Of a stretch of DNA of 64,000 nt, positions 48,876-57,536 are shown piece by piece. The stretch spans positions 144,539 to 208,538 of IMG/VR virus record IMGVR_UViG_3300050120_000361; one strand, written 5' to 3'. The position numbers and the translations under genes were made by a program. Each line of letters opens with the position of its first letter. The first letter of the stretch is position 1. The notes under the pieces were generated by a model. That model had not been told where the DNA came from. It worked only from the letters and a program-made list of their open reading frames with translations, and did not search any database.

Positions 48876-50291
48876 ATGACCGGAATGGTAAACTATCTCC
48901 TTGGCAGCATCGACGCTACCGAAAGGGAGATGAGAGCGCAGGAGGCTGAAATTGATAATGACGACTTAGATATGGATAATCTCGATGAGTCAGAGCAATT
49001 CCCTCTTGACGACGACAACAAGAACTTATCACAGGACAGTGATGAGGACCTTCTGAATTACAACCCGCTTCTCGAAGACGATGAGGACTTAGACCTTGAT
49101 TTGGACGTTGACGCTGACGACCTCGGCATCGATGACGATGATTTGGGCCTTGAGGACGATGACCTCGGCTTGGACGGGGACGATGATTTGGACCTTGACG
49201 ATGACGGCTCGCTTGACATCGACATGGACGGCGACGACCTTGGCTTTGACGACCTGGACGAAGATGAGGGTTGGGACGACCTGGACCTTGGCATAGACGA
49301 GAACACGGACTTCTCTCAGTTGACTGAAGGCGATGACGTTGACGATGAGGACTTCGGCTTTGAGCAGGACCCTGCGGTCCCTAATGACAGTGACCTTGAT
49401 GATGACCAGCTCTTTGAGGCTGAGCAGCAGAAAGAGCACGACCAGCAGATGAAGCAGCAGCAGGCGCAGCAGCAAAAGCAGAAAAAGAACCTTCAGCAGA
49501 AGCACCAGCAGGAGCAGAAGGATTTGAAAGAGGCCCAGCAGAAGCAGCAGAAGCAAGCCCAGGAAAAGAAATGGCCGGCCGATAAGCAAAAGCAGTTGAA
49601 GCAGCAGCAGCAGCAGAAGCAGCAGGAGCTAAACCAGCAGCAAAAAGCCGAACAGCAGAAGCAGCAACAGAACCAGCAGAAAAAGCAGGAGCAGTTGAAG
49701 CAGCAGCAAGAAGCCGAAAAGGCCGAGCAAAAGCAAAAGCCCGAGGAGGCCAAGCAGCAGCAGCTTAAGCAGGCTCAGCAGCAGAAAAAGCAGCAGAAAG
49801 AGCAGCAGGAGCTTAAGCAGCAGCAGGCCAAGGAGCAGCAGGAGCAGAAAGCCCAGCAGGAAAAGCAAAAGCAGAACCTTCAGCAAAAGCACCAAAAGGA
49901 GCAGCAGGAGCTTAAGCAGCAGCAGCAAGCCCAGCAAAAGAAGGAACAGCAAAAACCGGCCGCGCAGCAGAAGCAGCAGCAACTGAAGCAACAGCAGCAG
50001 AAGCAGCAGCAGGAGCTTAAGCAGAAGCAGGAAGCCGAGCAGAAGAAGCAGCAGCAAAACCAGCAGAAGAAGCAGCAACAGCTGAAAGAAGCTCAGGACG
50101 CCCAGCAGAAGGAGCAGAAAACCCAGCAGGAAGCCGAAACTAAGAAGCAGGACACTGAGAAGCAGAAGGCCCAAAAGGCCCAGGACAAACAGAAACAGGA
50201 GCAGCTTAAGCAGCAACAGCAAAAACAGCAGGAAAAGCAGCAGCAGCTCAATGAGTCTGTTCGCGAGAAGTACCTGAATGGCCTGATTTAG
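48876..50291 (+). CDS. probable prohead scaffold/core protein (Asp/Leu-rich N-half, Gln/Lys-rich C-half)
   Basis: Between protease and capsid genes (gp22 position); LFEA and LNES motifs flank the Q/K block. Confidence 0.65.
   Translation: MTGMVNYLLGSIDATEREMRAQEAEIDNDDLDMDNLDESEQFPLDDDNKNLSQDSDEDLLNYNPLLEDDEDLDLDLDVDADDLGIDDDDLGLEDDDLGLDGDDDLDLDDDGSLDIDMDGDDLGFDDLDEDEGWDDLDLGIDENTDFSQLTEGDDVDDEDFGFEQDPAVPNDSDLDDDQLFEAEQQKEHDQQMKQQQAQQQKQKKNLQQKHQQEQKDLKEAQQKQQKQAQEKKWPADKQKQLKQQQQQKQQELNQQQKAEQQKQQQNQQKKQEQLKQQQEAEKAEQKQKPEEAKQQQLKQAQQQKKQQKEQQELKQQQAKEQQEQKAQQEKQKQNLQQKHQKEQQELKQQQQAQQKKEQQKPAAQQKQQQLKQQQQKQQQELKQKQEAEQKKQQQNQQKKQQQLKEAQDAQQKEQKTQQEAETKKQDTEKQKAQKAQDKQKQEQLKQQQQKQQEKQQQLNESVREKYLNGLI
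49415..50250 (+). repeat. low-complexity CAG/AAG coding repeat with internal ~130-aa duplication
   Basis: 'KQK.NLQQKHQ.EQ..LK' and 'QQQNQQKKQ.QLK' each occur twice. Confidence 0.8.
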
Positions 50292-50367
50292 GTTCGGACC
50301 GCAGCTGACCCCAGCAACGGAAAAGACTTAACAGAAATTATCAACCAAAAATACAAAATCTAACGAT

Positions 50368-52242
50368 ATGTTTAATACTAAAGTTACCAACGAGCCTATC
50401 TACAAACACACTCAGTTGGACCCACGCTTAGTGGAGAAAATCACACCGCTCATGGAGAGCGCGTTCGGCGCTGACCTGAACAACTACGAGGACGGCAAGG
50501 ACCCCCGCAGAAAGGTTATCCGCGACGAGAAGATCAAATTCCTTTCAGAGCAGTACGCAAACCGCGTGCGTATAGCAAACGTGATGGGCGTTCACCCATT
50601 GAATGAAGACGCGAACATCTTCGGCGCCATCCCTAACATGAACAAATTGTTCGAAAGCGTTGACAGCCCGGGAAGCATCATCGGTATGGGCGAGGTTCGC
50701 AACGCGGACAACGGAAACCAATACAATGGCGGTTACTGGAACCCTGCTTACAAGGCTGGTTCAGGCGACATCCCGTCATACGTGTTCGGTCTTCAGGCCC
50801 ACATCGCGATGTACTGTATAGGTTTCGACCTGCTGCCTACCATCTCGGTTGACACGCCTAAGGTTATGGTGTCATTCGTTGATACCGTTTACGGTGGCGG
50901 TACTTTTGATGACGCTGAGAACATGCCTTCTTTCATCGAGATTTCGAACTCCATATTCACTTCGGCCCTCATCGACACCACAGCCAAATTGAAACGCGCC
51001 ACCTCTGTGGTTACTTTCCGCGCCGCCGCTGGCGCTGGCGCTTTGGCGATGCAGTGTCTGTTCATGCTGAAAAGCACCGTTAAGCCTGCCATCACTGTAC
51101 AGGTTATATCTACCGGTACTTTGGACGGCTCGAACGTTTACACCGCTGACAACGCAAACTCGGTTGCCACCATCATCAGCACTATCAATGCCGCCGCCGC
51201 CGGTGTCGCTAAGTTCCAATACCTTAACCCATCTGACGGCACTACGGTTGTTCCGGTTTCATTGACCGCCGCGTCTACCGTTGTTGGTTATGCGTCTGCA
51301 ACTCGTACTAACATCGCTGAAGCTGTTTCAAACAACAACAGCCTTGGCGGCATGTCACGTGCTCAGCAGGAAAAAGGCCCGGTTAACAAGTTGAACGTTA
51401 TCGCCATGGACAAGCAATTGGAAATGGTTGGTATCGAAATCGAGGCCGACACCTCCAACATCCAGATCAAGGATATGGCGGCAATGGGCATCAACGTTAT
51501 CGCGCGTCTCTACAACGGTGTTCAAAACGCCTTGGTTCAAACCCTTGACGAGGTTATCCTTACCCACCTTTACCGTATGGGCGTGCAGCACATGTACAAC
51601 ACTTACCTGGCTAATGGAACGAACTACTCACTGTACATCGGAGCGCCTTCAAACGCTAACATCGCATTCAGCGCTGTTAACAGCGGCAACTTCGTCTACA
51701 ACGACATGCTCGGCGTTGACCAGAGAACTGCCATGGGCAATATCGTTAACTCGATACAGTCTTCGGGCTATGAGAACCAGATGACGCACAACGACCGCCT
51801 ATTGGCTCGTATCCTGTTGGTTGCTGAGTTCGTTGGCCAGAACAACCGTATCGCTCCGCCGGATTGGTTGGTGCTTTCGGGCGGTCTTGCCGCTGCTATC
51901 AAGAAGCACAGCAAGTACATCCAGTCACCTGTCGCCAACACGTTGAGCTCGGCCCCAGAGCTTCACTACTCGGGCACGTTGTTTGAGACCATGAGCGTTT
52001 ACAAGACGCCGCGTATCGACTTCAATGACCCGCGTATCCTGATGGGCCGCCGCGGCAATGACACCGACCCTGGTTCTAAGTTCCTGGCGTATGACTTGGC
52101 CGCGAGCCGTCAGACCCTGAACCCGGACACCATGGCTGAGAAAATCAGAGTGTGGTCACGTTTCGCCATCGCGGACATCGGCTTCTACCCTGAACTGAAT
52201 TATGCGACCGTGGTAGTTCAAAATGACTACAATTGGGCATAA
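50368..52242 (+). CDS. major capsid protein (T4 gp23-like)
   Basis: Follows portal-protease-scaffold; strong codon bias; 'IGFDLLP', 'QIKDMAAMGIN', 'TM.EKI..WSRFA'; N-terminal LMES/LNED/LFES motifs; terminator follows. Confidence 0.9.
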   Translation: MFNTKVTNEPIYKHTQLDPRLVEKITPLMESAFGADLNNYEDGKDPRRKVIRDEKIKFLSEQYANRVRIANVMGVHPLNEDANIFGAIPNMNKLFESVDSPGSIIGMGEVRNADNGNQYNGGYWNPAYKAGSGDIPSYVFGLQAHIAMYCIGFDLLPTISVDTPKVMVSFVDTVYGGGTFDDAENMPSFIEISNSIFTSALIDTTAKLKRATSVVTFRAAAGAGALAMQCLFMLKSTVKPAITVQVISTGTLDGSNVYTADNANSVATIISTINAAAAGVAKFQYLNPSDGTTVVPVSLTAASTVVGYASATRTNIAEAVSNNNSLGGMSRAQQEKGPVNKLNVIAMDKQLEMVGIEIEADTSNIQIKDMAAMGINVIARLYNGVQNALVQTLDEVILTHLYRMGVQHMYNTYLANGTNYSLYIGAPSNANIAFSAVNSGNFVYNDMLGVDQRTAMGNIVNSIQSSGYENQMTHNDRLLARILLVAEFVGQNNRIAPPDWLVLSGGLAAAIKKHSKYIQSPVANTLSSAPELHYSGTLFETMSVYKTPRIDFNDPRILMGRRGNDTDPGSKFLAYDLAASRQTLNPDTMAEKIRVWSRFAIADIGFYPELNYATVVVQNDYNWA

Positions 52243-52263
52243 GTTGTTATTGATTAAGTTAAT

Positions 52264-52297
52264 GAAACCCAACATCGTAAAGTGTTGGGTTTCTTTC
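52264..52297 (+). terminator. rho-independent terminator after capsid gene
   Basis: GAAACCCAACA-N8-TGTTGGGTTTC followed by TTTC. Confidence 0.85.
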
Positions 52298-52322
52298 TAT
52301 TATTGAATTTAGAATTTGGGTA

Positions 52323-52349
52323 CATATCATACAAAACAAATATGATATG
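52323..52349 (+). promoter_or_regulatory. hairpin sequestering the HNH start codon
   Basis: CATATCATA-N9-TATGATATG, 9-bp perfect stem including ATG 52347. Confidence 0.6.
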
Positions 52350-53291
52350 GGACAAGTAAAAAACAGGATTGGAGAAAAATTCACGACAAGTAAAGGACTT
52401 GAAATAGAGATTGTTGAATATATTGGAGCTTCTAATGTTACGGTAAAATTTCTAAAAGATGGTGCAATAAGGACAGGTGTTTATATGACATCTATAAGAA
52501 ATGGAAACGTTCAGCATCCAAACAGAGTAGTACTTAAGAACCCTTTACGAGGAGTGAACAGATTAGGTGAAAAATGGAAAAGCAATGAAGGTAGTGAATT
52601 TGAAATAATCGAATATTTAGCTGCGGCCAATTGCACCATAAAATTTGAAGATGGAACAATTGTCAAAAACCAGCAATATGTAAACATTTCAAGTGGAAAA
52701 ATTTCAAATCCGAATCTGATATTAAAATCAGTTTATGGTGTGGGTTTCAATACAGGTGAAATACATTATCCATCTAATGATAATCCAATATATGCTTGTT
52801 GGCATGCAATGCTGCAAAGGTGCTATTCAGGAATATCTCAATTTTCACCAGCTTATGATAATTGTAGTGTAATTGAAGAATGGCAAAACTTGCAGAATTT
52901 CGCTAAATGGTATATAATAAATTATATTGATAAATATCAACTTGATAAGGATATTCTCATAAAAGGTAATAAAATTTATGGTCCAGATACTTGTTGTTTT
53001 GTGCCGCAAGATATAAATAAACTATTTACAAAAGTAAATAGCGCAAGAGGTCCATGGCCTATTGGTGTATCGCTTTATCCTAAAAATGGTATAAACAAGT
53101 ACGGTGCTTCGGCAAATAGGGATGGACAGCCAAGAACAATTGGATATTATGCAACGCCTGAAGAGGCTTTTGAAAAATACAAGGAAGCCAAGGAAGCATA
53201 TATAAAGGAAGTTGCAAACAGATGGAAAAATCATATTTCCGATAATGTATACCAAGCTCTGATGAGATACGAAGTCGAAATAACCGACTGA
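52347..53291 (+). mobile_element. free-standing HNH homing endonuclease gene (duplicated N-terminal repeats, AP2-like C-terminus)
   Basis: AT-rich; two 'R.GEK..S..G...EI.EY..A.N.T.KF.DG' repeats; 'WHAMLQRCY...EEWQNLQNFAKW...LDKDIL.KGNKIYGPDTCCFVP'. Confidence 0.88.
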
Positions 53292-53315
53292 TAACTGAAA
53301 TAACACCCGATAACC

Positions 53316-53693
53316 ATGTCCGCGATAACCCTTTCCCAGCAGGACACCCTTAAGCTGCTCGCTGCGGCCAGGAAGCTCTTCTGGTGGCGTAGGCGCGGCA
53401 CGTTCACCACAAAGTCCGAAGAGCGCTGCCTCTCGTGCAAGTGCGTGATATACGTTTCCTTCAAGCAGTTCGACAACGCGTCCGTTTTCTGCGATGACCC
53501 GCTGTGCAGGGCCAAGGCCAACCGCTCATCGATAGTGCAGTCCCAGTACATGCGAACCATAAAGGAGAGGCAGCTCAAGCTGATGGAGTCCGCTACCATG
53601 AAGATAATGGGCGAAATAACCGAAGGCATTGAGGAGTACAAGGAGGTTGCGGCGGGCCAAGTGGGGAAAACCGCCGCCGCAGGGCCCGCGTAG
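53316..53693 (+). CDS. small Cys-rich protein (possible Zn ribbon)
   Basis: 'CLSCKC...FCDDPLC'. Confidence 0.55.
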   Translation: MSAITLSQQDTLKLLAAARKLFWWRRRGTFTTKSEERCLSCKCVIYVSFKQFDNASVFCDDPLCRAKANRSSIVQSQYMRTIKERQLKLMESATMKIMGEITEGIEEYKEVAAGQVGKTAAAGPA

Positions 53694-53723
53694 ATATATC
53701 GGATAACTTTAAAATAACATACA

Positions 53724-54185
53724 ATGACAGAAGAAGAGCGCCCCGCCGTTACAGAGGCAAAGTCCAGGGAAATATTCAGGGACTACTCAGGCAAGATAAG
53801 CGAGAAGTTCCTTACCCAATGGGACATCGAGTCCGCGACCATACAGGACATAAACAACATGGTTGTGCTGATGAACTGGTGCTTCTGCCTGAAGAACAAC
53901 TTCTTCAGCAAGGAGTTCAACAGGCGCATACTGCGCAGCATAAGCGTGGCATACAACACCATAAAGTCCAATATACTCCTGAATTCGGAGGAGTGCACGG
54001 GGCTGTTCCACGGGGTCTCCATCGAGGGCCTGAAGACGCTAAAGTTCATACTAAACCAGTACACGGCCATATATGGGAGCATATCGGCCGACGGATACCA
54101 TAACGAATTATGTTCAAAGGTCTCAGAAGACTCGGTAGCGCGCTGCTGCGCCCTTATAAAGGCGGAGATAGCGTCAAAAGGCTAA
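53724..54185 (+). CDS. hypothetical protein
   Basis: 153-aa ORF; GTAGATA upstream. Confidence 0.6.
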   Translation: MTEEERPAVTEAKSREIFRDYSGKISEKFLTQWDIESATIQDINNMVVLMNWCFCLKNNFFSKEFNRRILRSISVAYNTIKSNILLNSEECTGLFHGVSIEGLKTLKFILNQYTAIYGSISADGYHNELCSKVSEDSVARCCALIKAEIASKG

Positions 54186-54235
54186 GTGAGGCTTTTACCG
54201 ACAATAACACGAATAACAAGTATAACTCAGAAAAA

Positions 54236-55249
54236 ATGTCAGAACAGGAAGAACCGGTGGTGCTCATAGTGGCGGGCCACTACAGGATGAAGTCGCACGG
54301 CGGCGAGGAGAGCAAGGAGATAGTCAGGGTTCTCGGGCCCTCGCCAAACCGCAAGGGCCATTGGAAGACTATGGAGGGCCGCGACATGTCGGAGTACGAA
54401 CTGATTGAGAACTGGGAGCCTCTCGTGACAGCGGTGAACCAGAACCAGCCAACCACAAACAGGCTGATGATGGGGCTGCTTCCTATAGCGGACGCTGAGA
54501 GACTCGCGCGCGGCGAAGCAGCAAATGTTGAGCCTGAAATAGAGGAAGAGCACGTCCTACCGGTAATAAGGACTCAATCGCAGCCAATTTATCCAGTTCT
54601 TGATGAAAGCAGATTTCTTGACATGGTGAAAGAACCCGATGGAAACAAAAAGCATAAGCTGACTATTGAAGAAAACGCACCGCATGCGCAGCAGCTACCA
54701 CAAACAATCGAGAACTCATTCATAGCCTCAATATTCAAGAAGCTCATTGAGACCACCAGCGATGACATCGAGCCGATAACCGTTACTTTCGAGCTTCCGC
54801 TGCCGTTCGACGTCGAAAGGCTTAAGGAGTCCATGTCCCTATTGGACCTTGACGCCAATGAGGTGGTTAAGCACGTGGTGGACAGGCTTCTCCAGAAGAG
54901 CAGGATTAACAACGCGATAAGCGCGAACCTGCACCAACTCCTGACTGAGCCTAAAAGGGGCAAAAGCGCCAAGCAGTTGCTGAATGAGCTGCGGCAGGAA
55001 AAGCCAAAAGAGCGCGAAATACCTTACGTTCCGATGGAGGACAGGACCCTTTTGGGGCCAATGGGAATTGACGCCAAGGCAGTGCTTGACAGGAATATGG
55101 AGGCTGAAATGCCCAAACCACTGACAGAAGAGCCCATTCAGCAGGCAATAGACGAAACGCTTGAAATTACTGACATAACCGAAATATCAGAGGAGATTTC
55201 CACTCTCGAGCAGAAGACTGCCCAGATACTCAAGAAATACATAGGCTGA
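54236..55249 (+). CDS. hypothetical protein
   Basis: ATG 54236 after A-rich leader preferred over the overlapping start at 54110. Confidence 0.6.
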   Translation: MSEQEEPVVLIVAGHYRMKSHGGEESKEIVRVLGPSPNRKGHWKTMEGRDMSEYELIENWEPLVTAVNQNQPTTNRLMMGLLPIADAERLARGEAANVEPEIEEEHVLPVIRTQSQPIYPVLDESRFLDMVKEPDGNKKHKLTIEENAPHAQQLPQTIENSFIASIFKKLIETTSDDIEPITVTFELPLPFDVERLKESMSLLDLDANEVVKHVVDRLLQKSRINNAISANLHQLLTEPKRGKSAKQLLNELRQEKPKEREIPYVPMEDRTLLGPMGIDAKAVLDRNMEAEMPKPLTEEPIQQAIDETLEITDITEISEEISTLEQKTAQILKKYIG

Positions 55250-55770
55250 TGCTGAGCGACAAGGATTTGGCCGCCGAGAGGAGCGCGGACAGGGGCTTCG
55301 GCTACGTGAACGACACGTACATAAACCTGTACAGGGACGACAATCCGATACTGGAGGAGGGCGACGAGTGCTGGTTCCTGTTCAATTCAGCGGACAACTA
55401 CCACATAATGTGCATAGGGCGCGGAACCGTTGTAAGGGACTGGTTCACTGACGGCCTCAACAAGCTGTACTGCATCAGGCTCGATGAGGTGTGCGAGACC
55501 CCGGCCTTCTGCGCCAGGTACGTGTGGGGCAGGGAGTACTTCATGGTTAACCGCCCAGACGACAAGGAAAAGAAGATACCCAGGCTGTACCACATAACTG
55601 AGAACACTTCAGAGGCGTTCCTCGCCGAGAACTTCTTCAAGGTGGAGTGCTTTTTCGTGCGGAAGACGGTCGAGGCCGTGCTGAAGCTGCGCAGGGAGTA
55701 CACCATAACCGTGTACGAGGACACGCGGCGCATGATGGCTGAAATGGAGGAAATCATAACCAACGAATAG
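55249..55770 (+). CDS. hypothetical protein
   Basis: Translationally coupled (TGATG overlap). Confidence 0.6.
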   Translation: MLSDKDLAAERSADRGFGYVNDTYINLYRDDNPILEEGDECWFLFNSADNYHIMCIGRGTVVRDWFTDGLNKLYCIRLDEVCETPAFCARYVWGREYFMVNRPDDKEKKIPRLYHITENTSEAFLAENFFKVECFFVRKTVEAVLKLRREYTITVYEDTRRMMAEMEEIITNE

Positions 55771-55781
55771 AATAGATAGGT

Positions 55782-57371
55782 ATGGCAAAGACAAGAGCGG
55801 ACAACGTCGAACAGGTGCCCTACGTCAAATCGACTGGGAACATAGCGGTGCCGAAGGGCGCGAACAAGGACCTGATAAACAAGGGGGACGTTTACGGGTC
55901 CCTTGCTAACAAGCTGCACCTGATAAAACTGGCCAACAATTACCCGGCCGCAGACACGGACTACAACAAGAACAATGACGAGCGCTTCGTGCCGAAGACG
56001 TTCACCGACCTGTGCCGCTCATCCGATGAGAACAAGGGCGCCGTGCAGTACGAGATTGACGACTTCCTGTACACCAAGAACCTCGGCTTCCCGATAAACA
56101 AGATGGTCACGCTGCGCCGGTTCCCTTACCCGTGCACGGACAACATATACGACAAGTTCAACCAGGCAGAGCCCGATATAGCGAGGATGGTCACGTACTT
56201 CGACCAGGACGTAAACAAGCTTGAGGACCTGCTGGCGTTCTCCTACAGCATGAAGTGGAAGGAGCTGACCGCGGACATGGAGCAGGGGAGCGCCATAGGC
56301 CCGCAGTCCGGGTTCACCGGCTGGATGGCCAAGACCATGGCGATAATAGACCCTTCTCTTTCGTCTCAGACCCTGAAGGGCGAGAACGCCATGAACTACG
56401 ACCCCAAGCACGACCAAAACAAGGTTTTCGGGCCGGTCGACTCTCTGAACATGACGCACATACGCGACGTGGGCCTGGAGTTCAACAAGGAATTCGACGT
56501 CACCTTCGAGTACGAGATGCGCTCAATAGGCGGCAGGACCGGCGAGTTCGCTTTCAAGGACATCATCGCCAACGTGCTCGCGGTCACATACAACAACGCC
56601 AAGTTCTGGCCCGGCTCGCGGTACTGGGTGGGCGAGCGCCCTTCCAAGTTCCTTGAGAAGTTCCGGTTCCTAAGCCCCGAGACGACCGACGACTTCCTGA
56701 CAAAGGGCTACGGGGAGCTGAAGAGCGCCCTCTCCGGCTTCAAGAACGGCGGTACGGCCATTGAGGCTCTAAAGTCCGCCATGCAGTCCGGACTCAACTT
56801 CGCGCTCGGCAAGCTCCTGGACAAGGTTGGGCGTCCATCCATACTGGTAATGAACTCGCTGCTCAGCGGCGAGCCCGTTGGCGGATGGCACCTAATGATA
56901 GGCAATCCGGACAACCCCATAATGTGCATAGGCAACCTCATATGCACCGGGACCGACATCAGCTTCCCGACCGACGCGCTCGGGTACGGCGACTTCCCAA
57001 CCAAGCTGATGGTAAAGGTGAAGCTCAAGCCCGGAATGCCCAAGGACAAGGCCGGCATTGAGACGATGTTCAATATGGGCAAGCAGCGGATATACTACAA
57101 CCCGCTCACGGTCAGCAAGCAGACCAACAGCACCAAAATAGCGACACACTCGCGCAAGTTCATGGGCTTTGACGACGCCTCAATAAAGGAGACCCTAAAG
57201 GAGACCTTCGACTTCGTTGCGCAGGACGTGCAGGTGGTTACGGACACGGTCGTGAACGGCGTGCAGTCACTTAGCGCTGCCGTGAGCATACCGCAACAGG
57301 ACAACAACACGGCGAACTACGACACCGCCGCCTCCAATGCGGTTCCACTCGGCTTCGGAAATGTGGCGTAA
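55782..57371 (+). CDS. probable baseplate tail-tube cap-like protein (gp48-type)
   Basis: 'R..GLEF.KEF.VTFEYE.R', 'IGNP.NPIM.IGNLIC....I.F...FPT.L.V.V.L' tube-fold pattern. Confidence 0.45.
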   Translation: MAKTRADNVEQVPYVKSTGNIAVPKGANKDLINKGDVYGSLANKLHLIKLANNYPAADTDYNKNNDERFVPKTFTDLCRSSDENKGAVQYEIDDFLYTKNLGFPINKMVTLRRFPYPCTDNIYDKFNQAEPDIARMVTYFDQDVNKLEDLLAFSYSMKWKELTADMEQGSAIGPQSGFTGWMAKTMAIIDPSLSSQTLKGENAMNYDPKHDQNKVFGPVDSLNMTHIRDVGLEFNKEFDVTFEYEMRSIGGRTGEFAFKDIIANVLAVTYNNAKFWPGSRYWVGERPSKFLEKFRFLSPETTDDFLTKGYGELKSALSGFKNGGTAIEALKSAMQSGLNFALGKLLDKVGRPSILVMNSLLSGEPVGGWHLMIGNPDNPIMCIGNLICTGTDISFPTDALGYGDFPTKLMVKVKLKPGMPKDKAGIETMFNMGKQRIYYNPLTVSKQTNSTKIATHSRKFMGFDDASIKETLKETFDFVAQDVQVVTDTVVNGVQSLSAAVSIPQQDNNTANYDTAASNAVPLGFGNVA

Positions 57372-57398
57372 TAGATACAGGACAGTACAGTAAAGGCA

Positions 57399-57536
57399 TT
57401 CATTTCAGGATTGGCAAGAAGCAATCCTATTGCAACATTTTCAAATAAATTGCATATTAAGCGGATTTTTGCCTATATTACAGTATAATAAATAAATGCT
57501 AACTAACACTTAAAAACAAACCAATCCTGAAATGAA
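57399..57536 (+). promoter_or_regulatory. 16-bp inverted repeat pairing with the sigma start codon, with a competing local hairpin
   Basis: TTCATTTCAGGATTGG (57399-414) / CCAATCCTGAAATGAA (57521-536, ATG at 57532); alternative AGGATTG/CAATCCT (57407-428). Confidence 0.7.
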
